A DNA stretch of 35,093 nucleotides from NCBI GenBank assembly GCA_035550755.1, contig DASZON010000036.1, forward strand, positions 1 to 35,093, written 5' to 3'. Source of the stretch: Actinomycetota bacterium. Lineage in GTDB: Bacteria > Actinomycetota > CALGFH01. This document shows positions 19,008 to 27,562 of the stretch, piece after piece. The translations under genes were made by a program, and so were the position numbers. Position 1 is the first letter of the stretch. Every line of letters starts with the position of its first letter. Under the pieces are notes generated by a model, which made no database searches, was not told the origin of the DNA, and saw nothing but the letters and a program-made list of their open reading frames with translations.

Positions 19008-20713
19008 CCGGCCGCGTGCTGCGGGTGAACGGCCCGCTCGTCGAGGTCGGCGGGCTCGCCGGGATCGCCATGCTCGACCTGGTGGAGCTGGGCCCCGAGC
19101 GGCTGCCCGGCGAGGTCATGGCCATCCGGGGCGACGTCGCCACCGTCCAGGCCTACGAGTACACCGGCGGCCTCGGAGCGGGCGCGGCGGCTCGGGCCCG
19201 CGGCGAGCCGCTGTCCGCGCCGCTCGGCCCGCACCTGCTCGGCGGGGTGTTCGACGGACTGCTCCGCCCGCTCGCCGGCGCCGGGAGGTGGCTGACGCCC
19301 GCCGGCCGTCGGGCCGGCCAGGATGACGGCCGCCGCTGGCGGTTCACGCCGGCCGTTGCCGGGGGCGCCGCCGTGACCGCCGGAACCCCGCTCGGCGCGG
19401 TCACCGCCGGGTCGGTCCCCTACCACGTGCTCGTGCCGCACGGGCTGCACGGCCGGGTGGAGGCGATCCGCCCGGCCGGGAGCTACCCGGCGGACGTGCC
19501 GGTGGCGACGGTGGCCGGCCACCAGGTGACCATGTCCACACGCTGGCCCGTGCGGCGCCCAAGGCCCTACCGTGAGCGCCTGGACGCGGCCATGCCCCTG
19601 GTCACCGGCCAGCGGGTCCTGGACGCGCTGCTGCCGGTGTCCCTTGGTGGTACCGCGGCCGTACCCGGCGGCTTCGGCACCGGCAAGACGGTCCTGCTCC
19701 AGCAGATCGCCAAATGGTGCGAGGCCGACGTGATCGTGTACGTGGGCTGCGGCGAGCGGGGCAACGAGCTGGCCGACGTGGTCGCCGAGCTGGCCGAGCT
19801 GCCCGATCCCCGCACCGGCGGGCGCCTGGCCGAGCGGACCGTGGTCGTGGCCAACACCTCCAACATGCCGATGATGGCCCGCGAGGCCAGCGTGTACAGC
19901 GGGGTCACCGTCGCCGAGCATTTCCGCGACATGGGTTACGACGCCGTGGTGATCGCCGACTCGACCTCGCGCTGGGCCGAGGCGCTGCGCGAGCTCGCCT
20001 CCCGCAGCGGTGCCCTGCCCGCCGAGGAGGGCTATCCCGCCGACCTCGCCTCGGCCCTGGCCGCCTTCTACGAGCGCGCCGGGCGGGTCGTGACCGCCGG
20101 GGGCCGGACGGGCTCGGTGACCGTCATCGGCGCCGTCTCCCCGCCCGGCGGCGACCTTACCGAGCCGGTCACCACGCACACCCAGCGCTTCGCGCGCAGC
20201 CTGTGGACGCTTGACCGGGGGCTGGCCTACGCGCGCCACTACCCCGCGGTGTCGTGGGCGGACTCCTTCTCCCGCGACACCGAGGCCGTGGGAGCCTGGC
20301 ACGCCGGCCACGGCGACCCCGGCTGGGCGCAGCGGCGGGCCAGGATCAGCGGCCTGCTCGCCGAGGCCGACCGGCTCGGGGCGCTGGTCGAGCTGGTGGG
20401 GGCGGCCGCGCTGCCCGCCCGGGAACGGGTCGTGCTGCTCGGGGGCCGCCTGCTGCGCGAGGCGGTCCTCCAGCAGAGCGCGCTCAGCCCCATTGACGCG
20501 TTCTCCCCTGCCGAGCGGACGGCCGCGCTCACCGGCGCGGTCCTGGACGTGGTCGACGACTGCCAGGTCCTGGCCGACCGCGGCGTGCCGGCCGCGGTCA
20601 TCGAGGAGCAGGACTTCTCGCCCCTGCTGCGCGCCCGCGAGGAGGCCGACGGCGCCGCCGAGGTCGCTGCCCGCCGCGACACCATGCTCACCCGTCTGGG
20701 GGCGCTGCCATGA
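18995..20713 (+). CDS. ntpA: A/V-type ATPase catalytic subunit A
   Basis: Walker A PGGFGTGKTVLLQQ, GCGERGNE, TSNMPMMAREAS, SRWAEALRE and the V/A-specific insertion before the P-loop are all present. The start is GTG 18995. Confidence 0.95.
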   Translation: MGPLTGRVLRVNGPLVEVGGLAGIAMLDLVELGPERLPGEVMAIRGDVATVQAYEYTGGLGAGAAARARGEPLSAPLGPHLLGGVFDGLLRPLAGAGRWLTPAGRRAGQDDGRRWRFTPAVAGGAAVTAGTPLGAVTAGSVPYHVLVPHGLHGRVEAIRPAGSYPADVPVATVAGHQVTMSTRWPVRRPRPYRERLDAAMPLVTGQRVLDALLPVSLGGTAAVPGGFGTGKTVLLQQIAKWCEADVIVYVGCGERGNELADVVAELAELPDPRTGGRLAERTVVVANTSNMPMMAREASVYSGVTVAEHFRDMGYDAVVIADSTSRWAEALRELASRSGALPAEEGYPADLASALAAFYERAGRVVTAGGRTGSVTVIGAVSPPGGDLTEPVTTHTQRFARSLWTLDRGLAYARHYPAVSWADSFSRDTEAVGAWHAGHGDPGWAQRRARISGLLAEADRLGALVELVGAAALPARERVVLLGGRLLREAVLQQSALSPIDAFSPAERTAALTGAVLDVVDDCQVLADRGVPAAVIEEQDFSPLLRAREEADGAAEVAARRDTMLTRLGALP

Positions 20714-22164
20714 CCGCCATGGGAAGCCCGAGACCGGCGGTGTCCGTTCCGGTCAACTGGGCCGAGGTCGAGCACACCGACGTGGAGGAGCTCCGCGGTC
20801 CCCTGGTGGTCGTCCGCGGGGCGGAGGGGGTCGGCTGGGACGAGCTGGCCAGCGTCCGGCTCGCCTCCGGCGAGACGCGGCACGGCCTGGTACTGGAGGT
20901 CGACCGGGACCTGGCGGTGGTCCAGGTGCTCGAGGGCACCGATGGGATGGACCCGGCGGGGACCCGGGTGGCGTTCTCGGGCCACCCCCTTCGCGTCCCT
21001 GTCGGGCCCGGCTGGCTGGGCCGGGTCTGCAACGGCCGCGGCCAGCCGATCGACGGCGGGCCGCCCGTGTTCGGCCCGGCGGAGGCGCCCGTCGACGGCG
21101 CCCCGCTCAACCCCACCCTGCGCGAGCCGCCGGCCGAGCCGGTGCTCACCGGCGTTTCGGCCTTCGACGCCCTGACGACCCTGGTCCGCGGCCAGAAGCT
21201 GCCGATCTTCTCCACCGCCGGCCTGCCCCACCTGACCCTGGCCACCCAGGTGGCCGCCCAGGCGTCGGCCGGCGGGGAGCCGTTCAGTGTGGTGGTCGCG
21301 GCGATGGGGCTCACCCACGCCGACGCCGCCGCCGTCCGCGACGCCCTGGAGGAGCGGTCGGCCGCCGGTGAGCTGGCGCTCCTGCTCAACCTGGCCGACG
21401 ACCCGGTGATCGAGCGGATCCTGACCCCCCGCATCGCCCTCACCGTCGCCGAGCATCTGGCCTTCACCCACGGCCGCCATGTCCTGGTGGTCATGGCCGA
21501 CATGGCCAGTTACTGCGAGGCGGTCCGTGAGGTCTCGATCGCGCGCGGCGAGATCCCCGCCCGGCGGGCCTACCCCGGCTACCTGTACTCCGACCTGGCC
21601 TCACTGTACGAGCGCTGTGGACGCATCCGCGGGGTCGCCGGCTCGGTCACCGTGCTGCCCGTCCTGACCATGCCGGCCGGCGACATCACGCACCCGGTGC
21701 CCGACCTGACCGGGTACATCACCGAAGGCCAGGTGGTGCTGTCGGGCGAGGTCCACGCCCGCGGGATCTACCCGCCCGTCGACGCGCTGTCGTCACTCTC
21801 GCGCCTGATGCGCAAGGGTGCCGGCCCCGGCCGCACCCGCCGGGAGCACCTGGACCTGGCCGCCCAGCTGCTGGCCGCCCTCGCCCGGGCGCGGCAGGCC
21901 CGCGAGCTGGCCGAGCTGGTCGGCGCCGGCGCGCTCAGCGCCACCGACCGCGGCTACCTGGAGCTGGAGCGGAAGTTCGAGCGCCTGCTGGTCAGCCAGC
22001 GGCCCGACCAGCGCCGCAGCCTGGACGAGACCTTCGAGCGAGCCTGGCGGGTGCTGTCGGCGCTGCCGCGGCGCGAGCTCACCATGATGTCCGCCGCGGA
22101 CCTCGACGCCCACCACCTCCACCAGGTCGGGGACGAGGGCGTCGAAGCGGAGGACCGGCGATGA
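20710..22164 (+). CDS. ntpB: A/V-type ATPase subunit B
   Basis: Motifs RGQKLPIFS, VVAAMG, DMASYCEAVREVS, RRAYPGYLYSDLASLYER and PAGDITHPVPDLTGYITEGQ are typical of non-catalytic subunit B. It has an ATGA overlap with A. Confidence 0.95.
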   Translation: MTAMGSPRPAVSVPVNWAEVEHTDVEELRGPLVVVRGAEGVGWDELASVRLASGETRHGLVLEVDRDLAVVQVLEGTDGMDPAGTRVAFSGHPLRVPVGPGWLGRVCNGRGQPIDGGPPVFGPAEAPVDGAPLNPTLREPPAEPVLTGVSAFDALTTLVRGQKLPIFSTAGLPHLTLATQVAAQASAGGEPFSVVVAAMGLTHADAAAVRDALEERSAAGELALLLNLADDPVIERILTPRIALTVAEHLAFTHGRHVLVVMADMASYCEAVREVSIARGEIPARRAYPGYLYSDLASLYERCGRIRGVAGSVTVLPVLTMPAGDITHPVPDLTGYITEGQVVLSGEVHARGIYPPVDALSSLSRLMRKGAGPGRTRREHLDLAAQLLAALARARQARELAELVGAGALSATDRGYLELERKFERLLVSQRPDQRRSLDETFERAWRVLSALPRRELTMMSAADLDAHHLHQVGDEGVEAEDRR

Positions 22165-22796
22165 GCGCCGGGCGGCCGCGGGTTCCGCCCGGGCGGGCGG
22201 GCAGGCTGTGGCTGCGCGGCCGCCTGGCGACCGCCGAGCGCGGCCTGGACCTGCTCGACCGCAAGCTGCGGATCCTGCGCCGCGAGCAGGAGCGGCTGGA
22301 CCTGCTGGCAGGCCGCACCGGCGAGGAGCTCGAGCGCACCTGCCGCGACGCCGAGACCTGGCTGCTGCGCGCCGGACTGCTGGGCGGCCAGCGCGACCTG
22401 CGGCTGGCCGGCGGCGGACCGCTGGCCGAGGTGCGCATCGCCTGGCGGGACACCATGGGCGTTCACTATCCAGCTGAGGCCAGACTCGACCTGCCCGAGC
22501 CGGTGCCTCCGCCGCCGGCCTGCACGGCCGCGCTCGCCCCGGCGGCGGCCGCCCACCGGGCCGCGCTGGCCGCCGCCGTGGGCCACGCCGCCGCAACCGC
22601 GGCCGTACGCCGGGTCGCCGGGGAGGTCGCCGCCACCCGGCAGCGGCTGCGCGGCATCGAGGACCGCTGGATCCCCCGCCTGCGCGCCGCCCTCGCCGAG
22701 CTGGAGCTGTCCTTGGACGAGCTGGAGCAGTCCGACAACGCTCGGCTGCGGCGGGCGGTGCCAGGCGCGGCGACGGCGAGGGGGCGGCGGCCATGA
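22161..22796 (+). CDS. ntpD: A/V-type ATPase central-stalk subunit D
   Basis: The 211-aa protein has the subunit D opening LRGRLATAERGLDLLDRKLRILRRE and a C-terminal helix RRVAGEVAATRQRLRGIEDRWIPRL. There are ATGA overlaps on both sides. Confidence 0.85.
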   Translation: MSAGRPRVPPGRAGRLWLRGRLATAERGLDLLDRKLRILRREQERLDLLAGRTGEELERTCRDAETWLLRAGLLGGQRDLRLAGGGPLAEVRIAWRDTMGVHYPAEARLDLPEPVPPPPACTAALAPAAAAHRAALAAAVGHAAATAAVRRVAGEVAATRQRLRGIEDRWIPRLRAALAELELSLDELEQSDNARLRRAVPGAATARGRRP

Positions 22797-23230
22797 TCAC
22801 CCGGATCCTGCTGGCCGTCGACGACTCCGAGGGCGCGCTGGCCGCCGCCCGCGTCGCCATCGACCTCGCCGCCCGCCTCGGCGCCCGGCTCCGGGTCGTC
22901 AACGTCGTCCAGGACGGCCGGCTCGGCCAGACCCTGGCGGCGGCCTCGGGACATCCCGACCTGGGGGCCCGCCGTGCCCACGCCGGGTCGGCCGTGCTCT
23001 GCCATGTCGCCGAGCTGGCCCGCCGCTCCGGCGTCAAGGCCGAGACCTGCCAGCTCGAGGGGTCCCCGGCCCGGCGCATCCTCGACCAGGCCCGGTCCTG
23101 GCCCTCCGACCTCACGGTCATCGCCAGGTCCCAGCAACGCCGCCGTGCCGGCGACCCGTATGTCGGCGGCCAGACCGCCCACGTGCTGGAGCTCACCGAG
23201 CAGCCGGTGCTCGTCGTCCCCCATACCTAA
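22793..23230 (+). CDS. universal stress protein (UspA family)
   Basis: ILLAVDDSEGALAAARVAIDLA...LRVVNVV opens the protein, and the C-terminal GGQTAHVLELTEQPVLVVP is the canonical USP ending. The start overlaps the subunit D stop (ATGA). Confidence 0.8.
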   Translation: MITRILLAVDDSEGALAAARVAIDLAARLGARLRVVNVVQDGRLGQTLAAASGHPDLGARRAHAGSAVLCHVAELARRSGVKAETCQLEGSPARRILDQARSWPSDLTVIARSQQRRRAGDPYVGGQTAHVLELTEQPVLVVPHT

Positions 23231-23284
23231 ACCGGCCGCCGGCATCGGCTCGAGCAGTCGGGCCGAGACCAGCGAGGTCAGTGG

Positions 23285-23956
23285 TCAGATGACCAGCCGT
23301 GCGCTGGACACGTCGTCGATGTCGTAGCCGAGCCGGTTCACGACCCGGACCACGCCGTCGACGGCCGCGACGGCACGCACCACCGTGGGGACGAGGCTGC
23401 GTCGTTCACAGCGGCCCTGCAGGGTCACCACACCGTCCCGGACATCGACGTCGAACCGGTCAGGCGCCATGACCAGGTCGCTGAAGATGACGTTTTCGAC
23501 GATCTCCCGGCGCAGCTCCTCATCGGGCGGCAGGAACGACGTGAGCAGGTCCGCCCGACTGACGATGCCGACCAGCCGGCCGACCACGTCCACCACCGGC
23601 AGCCGCTTGACCCCGGCACGGTGCATGCGCCGGGCCGCCTCGGTCACGGTGGCCAGCGGTTCGACCGTGATCGCCGGCCGGGTCATCAGCTCGGCCGCCA
23701 CCGTGGGTTCCGCCCTGGCCCGATCCCGCCGCCGAAGCCGCGCCGACAGCAGCCGGCCCGGCCCGTCGCCCGGCTGCTCCGGCTTGGGCAGCAGGTCGGC
23801 CTCGGAGACGACCCCGAGGACGCGCCCTCGGCCGTCGACCACCGGCAGGGCGCTCACCCGCCGGCTGGCCAGCAGCTTGACCAGCTCCTTGTAGGAGCTG
23901 TCCTCGTGGGCGCAGGCCACGTCCCTGGTCATCACGTCATGGACCCGGTGGTGCAC
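23285..23956 (-). CDS. CBS-pair + BON domain protein
   Basis: The start is trimmed to GTG 23956, 6 nt after AAAGGAG. The sequence VHDVMTRDVACA...VSALPVVD...GVVSEADLL, then ELMTRPAITV...VKRLPVVD...GIVSRADLL, then BON (VRDGVVTLQGRCERRSLVPTVVRAVAAVDGVVRVVNRL) shows the architecture. Confidence 0.85.
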   Translation of the reverse strand: MHHRVHDVMTRDVACAHEDSSYKELVKLLASRRVSALPVVDGRGRVLGVVSEADLLPKPEQPGDGPGRLLSARLRRRDRARAEPTVAAELMTRPAITVEPLATVTEAARRMHRAGVKRLPVVDVVGRLVGIVSRADLLTSFLPPDEELRREIVENVIFSDLVMAPDRFDVDVRDGVVTLQGRCERRSLVPTVVRAVAAVDGVVRVVNRLGYDIDDVSSARLVI

Positions 23957-24129
23957 TACACTCTCCTTTCGCCCCCGGTGGTCACCGGAACGCGCCGGCG
24001 GGCCGACCGATGCAGCCGGTCCGGCAGCCCCAGCCCGGTGGTCCGGCGGTGATCCATGCGCAGGTGCGAGAGCAACTCGCTCGGCGTCGGGAAGCGCAGC
24101 TGGCACTTGGGGCACTGCACGATGGTCAT
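23956..24129 (-). CDS. small (57 aa) C2H2 zinc-finger protein
   Basis: An AGGAGG SD lies 8 nt before ATG 24129. MTIVQCPKCQLRFPTPSELLSHLRMDH fits C-X2-C-X3-F-X5-L-X2-H-X4-H exactly. The C-terminal tail is Arg-rich. Its stop TAG overlaps the GTG of the next gene (TAGTG). Confidence 0.6.
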   Translation of the reverse strand: MTIVQCPKCQLRFPTPSELLSHLRMDHRRTTGLGLPDRLHRSARRRVPVTTGGERRV

Positions 24130-24195
24130 GATGCTCACCTCCTGGAGGGCGCAGGTCCCCGTCTTCACTGTGACGAATGGATCGCTGCACCGACA

Positions 24196-24209
24196 GGGCC
24201 GACAGGCCC
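24196..24209. promoter_or_regulatory. single box GGGCCGACAGGCCC
   Basis: The arms are perfectly palindromic. The box ends 80 nt upstream of ATG 24129 (zinc-finger/CBS-BON unit). It shares the extended string AGGGCCGA with the boxes at 14580, 9863(-) and 34842(-). A weaker GGACCGTCCGACCC lies at 24230-24243. Confidence 0.4.
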
Positions 24210-24279
24210 GCAGTCGGTAGGCATATGGCGGACCGTCCGACCCGGCACCTGCCGATGCGGGGGCTGCCGCCCGAGCTGG

Positions 24280-24597
24280 CTACCCGGCTGTCGAGCGTTG
24301 GTACCTGAACGCCCAGGGCTCGGCGCCCCGGCCTGCCTCCACCCATCCATCGCCCTCGATCTCGCGACGGAGATCCCCAAGGCTCTTGGTCATCCCGGGC
24401 GCCCACGCCTCTTGCGGAGGCAGCGTGCCCAGCGTTCTCGGCGCGGGGAACGTGGCGCCCTCGTACCGGCGGTGGCCGTCGACGCGGCCGACGAATCGCA
24501 GGTACGCGTCGCCCGACTGCGACGCCAGGGTGGCGAGCGCGCCCGCCCACCACGACGCTCCGGCAAGGTCTTCCAATTCGATCTGGAGAGTCGCCAT
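24280..24597 (-). CDS. hypothetical protein (105 aa), no family recognised
   Basis: A GAGGAGG SD lies 5 nt before ATG 24597. The composition is balanced and non-repetitive (MATLQIELEDLAGASWWAGALATLASQSGDAYLRFVGRVDGHRRYEG...), unlike the Arg/Pro-rich shadow ORFs nearby. Confidence 0.5.
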   Translation of the reverse strand: MATLQIELEDLAGASWWAGALATLASQSGDAYLRFVGRVDGHRRYEGATFPAPRTLGTLPPQEAWAPGMTKSLGDLRREIEGDGWVEAGRGAEPWAFRYQRSTAG

Positions 24598-25248
24598 CAC
24601 CGCCTCCTCAGGAACGGCTCGGTCGGTGTGCTCCCGCTCGAGGCTGAGCTCGTACCACCTGCGATCGGATGCCTTCCCTTCGCTGGTTGTGCGTCCGATG
24701 CTCCACCACCGTCGCCGGGAGCAGTAGGGCTGTTGGACCCGGTCTTCCAGGGTCGTGAGCCGAGGGTCCTACCGGAGCGGGCCGTCGTCCTCTGGGACCG
24801 TGGCAGTCCAGGTCGCAGCGTCGGGCTGGGAGGCGGGTGCATTGCACCTTGCGCGTGGCCCAGAAGGGCACGACATGAACCGGCGCCAACAACGACGGAT
24901 CGGGCTGATCCTGTTCGGAATCCTGGCGGCGGGCGCGCTGGTCGGAGGCGGCTCGTGGCTGGGCCAGCGCAGCGACCGGCAACCGCCGGCCTCCGGACCG
25001 GGAGGCTCGGTGGTACGCCGCACCCATCGAAGGGCCGTCCGGTGCACTGGTCGTCACGGCTCTGGCCTGGGCCGTCGCCTGGCCGTGGTTGTCGCACCGC
25101 CAACGGCACATGCAAGCCGCTGGCCGGTCGTTGCCCGGTCAGAAGACACCACGCCTCCAGGTACGGCGACGCTGGACCTTCCGGCCGCGCCTGCTGGGAG
25201 GAGTGGGCGTCCACCAGGTGCCGGCCAGGTCGATGACCAGGTGCACCC

Positions 25249-25614
25249 TCAACGTCCGACCAGGAAGGCCACCACGTTCTGCGCCACCACCACGACCGCG
25301 GCCACCCCGCCGATCCAGGCAGGCACGATGGCCTCCCTGCGGCCGGCACGATGTGCCCGGCGGCCGTAGTGAACCGCAGCCACGCCGGGAGCGACGAGGA
25401 TCAGCAGTGCCGGGATGGCGGCGAGCAGCACCGGCCCGACCGGGACTGGTTCTTGGCTGCCGCTCTGGTACCCGAGCGCGCTCATGAGTCCTTCGCCCAC
25501 CGCCATGGCCACGACCAGCGCCACCGGCAGCAACGCGACCGCCACCCAGGCCCGGCGCAGATCACGGTCCGCGTGCTTGGACGGACCGATGACCGATGCG
25601 GGTTCGGCAGGCAC
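25249..25614 (-). CDS. small integral membrane protein (about 121 aa, 3 predicted TM helices)
   Basis: GAAGGAGGAG precedes the GTG at 25614. The hydrophobic segments are WVAVALLPVALVVAMAV, VLLAAIPALLILVAPGVAAV and IGGVAAVVVVAQNVVAFLV. Confidence 0.5.
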   Translation of the reverse strand: MPAEPASVIGPSKHADRDLRRAWVAVALLPVALVVAMAVGEGLMSALGYQSGSQEPVPVGPVLLAAIPALLILVAPGVAAVHYGRRAHRAGRREAIVPAWIGGVAAVVVVAQNVVAFLVGR

Positions 25615-25681
25615 GGGCACCTCCTCCTTCGCTCTCGCTTCACGAAAAGCCGACGCTAACTGGCTGTCCCCCCCCCGAGAC

Positions 25682-25909
25682 TCAGGTGGCGCTGAACAGG
25701 TCGTGGGTCGCGACGCCGCCGGGGCCGACCACCACGACCGTCGCGTTGCCGAGCGCATCGAAACGGCGGTGTGCCAGGTGAGCCCAGGCCGTTGCCTGCT
25801 GTCTCGGTGCCGGTCGGGGTGTAGACCAGCCGGTGGTCGCCGGTGATCCGCTGGCCACCAGGATGCCAACCAGGATGAGCGTGCTGCTGGGTCCGAGATG
25901 GCGGTCCAT
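25682..25909 (-). CDS. small hypothetical protein (75 aa) with N-terminal hydrophobic segment
   Basis: An AAGGAGG SD lies 6 nt before ATG 25909. The sequence is MDRHLGPSSTLILVGILVASGS...FDALGNATVVVVGPGGVATHDLFSAT. GC3 is fairly high at both ends and weaker in the middle. Confidence 0.4.
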   Translation of the reverse strand: MDRHLGPSSTLILVGILVASGSPATTGWSTPRPAPRQQATAWAHLAHRRFDALGNATVVVVGPGGVATHDLFSAT

Positions 25910-25922
25910 CTCAGGCCTCCTT

Positions 25923-25936
25923 GGGACCGCAGACCC
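25923..25936. promoter_or_regulatory. single box GGGACCGCAGACCC (perfect GGGnC-N4-GnCCC match)
   Basis: The box lies immediately upstream of, and touches, the SD of the 25909 gene. This differs from the -70 to -90 placement of the other boxes and may be a chance match. Confidence 0.25.
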
Positions 25937-26088
25937 TGCCGGGGCTTGCCGCCAGGGCGCGAGAGGCATCGCCGGAGCCGTCCTGACAAGCGATCTTCGT
26001 CCTACTCCCCCAGCCTACGACCAGCCCCGGCAGGACCCCAGAGGCGAACGACCCACCACCACCGGGACAGGAGGGAGCCGGCCGGCGG

Positions 26089-26583
26089 TCACTGGGCAGG
26101 GTCGGGCAGGCGCTGGGCCCGCCACCGCTCCAGCAGCCGGGGGATCTCCTGCAACAGGTACTCGAAGAACGCCCGGGTCTCCTCCAGCCGAGCGCCCGCC
26201 GCGGTGTCCGGCCCCACGGACTTGACCCCCTCGGCCAGGTCCTGCAGCCAGCGCGCGACCATCTCGTCGCGGCGTGTGATCGCCTCATACCAGGTGTTGC
26301 TGGAGACCCGGTAGTGGTCCACCCGCTCCCCGGGCTCGCGCTCGCGGGAGAGGAGCTGCAGCTGGGTGAGGTAGCGCACGGCGCCGGAAACCGCCGCCGG
26401 GCTGACCCCGAGCTGGGCGGCCAGCTCGGCCGCGGTGCGCCGGCCGTCCTCGGCGACCAGCACGGTGGCGAACACCCGCGCGGGCATGCGGGGCATCCCC
26501 GCCTCGGTCAGGTTCAGGGCGAACCGTTCGATGAAGCGGCGGACCGCCTCCTCGTCGCGCACAGGCGCCAGTCCCTCGGCCAT
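26089..26583 (-). CDS. MarR/GbsR-family winged-helix transcriptional regulator
   Basis: The start is trimmed to ATG 26583. FIERFALNLTEAGMPRMPARVFATVLVAEDGRRTAAELAAQLGVSPAAVSGAVRYLTQLQLLSRE is the GbsR/MarR wHTH pattern. The gene is divergent from an ABC-2 exporter. Confidence 0.8.
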   Translation of the reverse strand: MAEGLAPVRDEEAVRRFIERFALNLTEAGMPRMPARVFATVLVAEDGRRTAAELAAQLGVSPAAVSGAVRYLTQLQLLSREREPGERVDHYRVSSNTWYEAITRRDEMVARWLQDLAEGVKSVGPDTAAGARLEETRAFFEYLLQEIPRLLERWRAQRLPDPAQ

Positions 26584-26608
26584 CGCCCCCCCTTCGCGGC
26601 TTCTCCAC

Positions 26609-26644
26609 TTTACAAGGATGTGAAGCGAGTTTAGCTTGTGAAGC
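26609..26644. promoter_or_regulatory. candidate operator in the MarR/ABC divergent region
   Basis: This is a relatively AT-rich 64-nt spacer. TGTGAAGC is directly repeated at 26619-26626 and 26637-26644. A near-inverted repeat is formed by TTTACAAG (26609-26616) and CTTGTGAA (26635-26642). Confidence 0.3.
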
Positions 26645-26647
26645 ACC

Positions 26648-27558
<911 letters not shown>

Positions 27559-27562
<4 letters not shown>

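Noticed and set aside
23231-23284. Terminator in the convergent gap between the USP and CBS-BON genes.
   Set aside because: Only short imperfect complementarity (TCGGC...GCCGA) is present, with no convincing stem-loop or U-tract.
24875-25369. 204-aa ORF as a confident CDS.
   Set aside because: Only the first roughly 45 codons look coding. The remainder is Arg/Thr-rich with poor GC3 and overlaps the convergent membrane-protein gene. It is reported as an ambiguous region instead.
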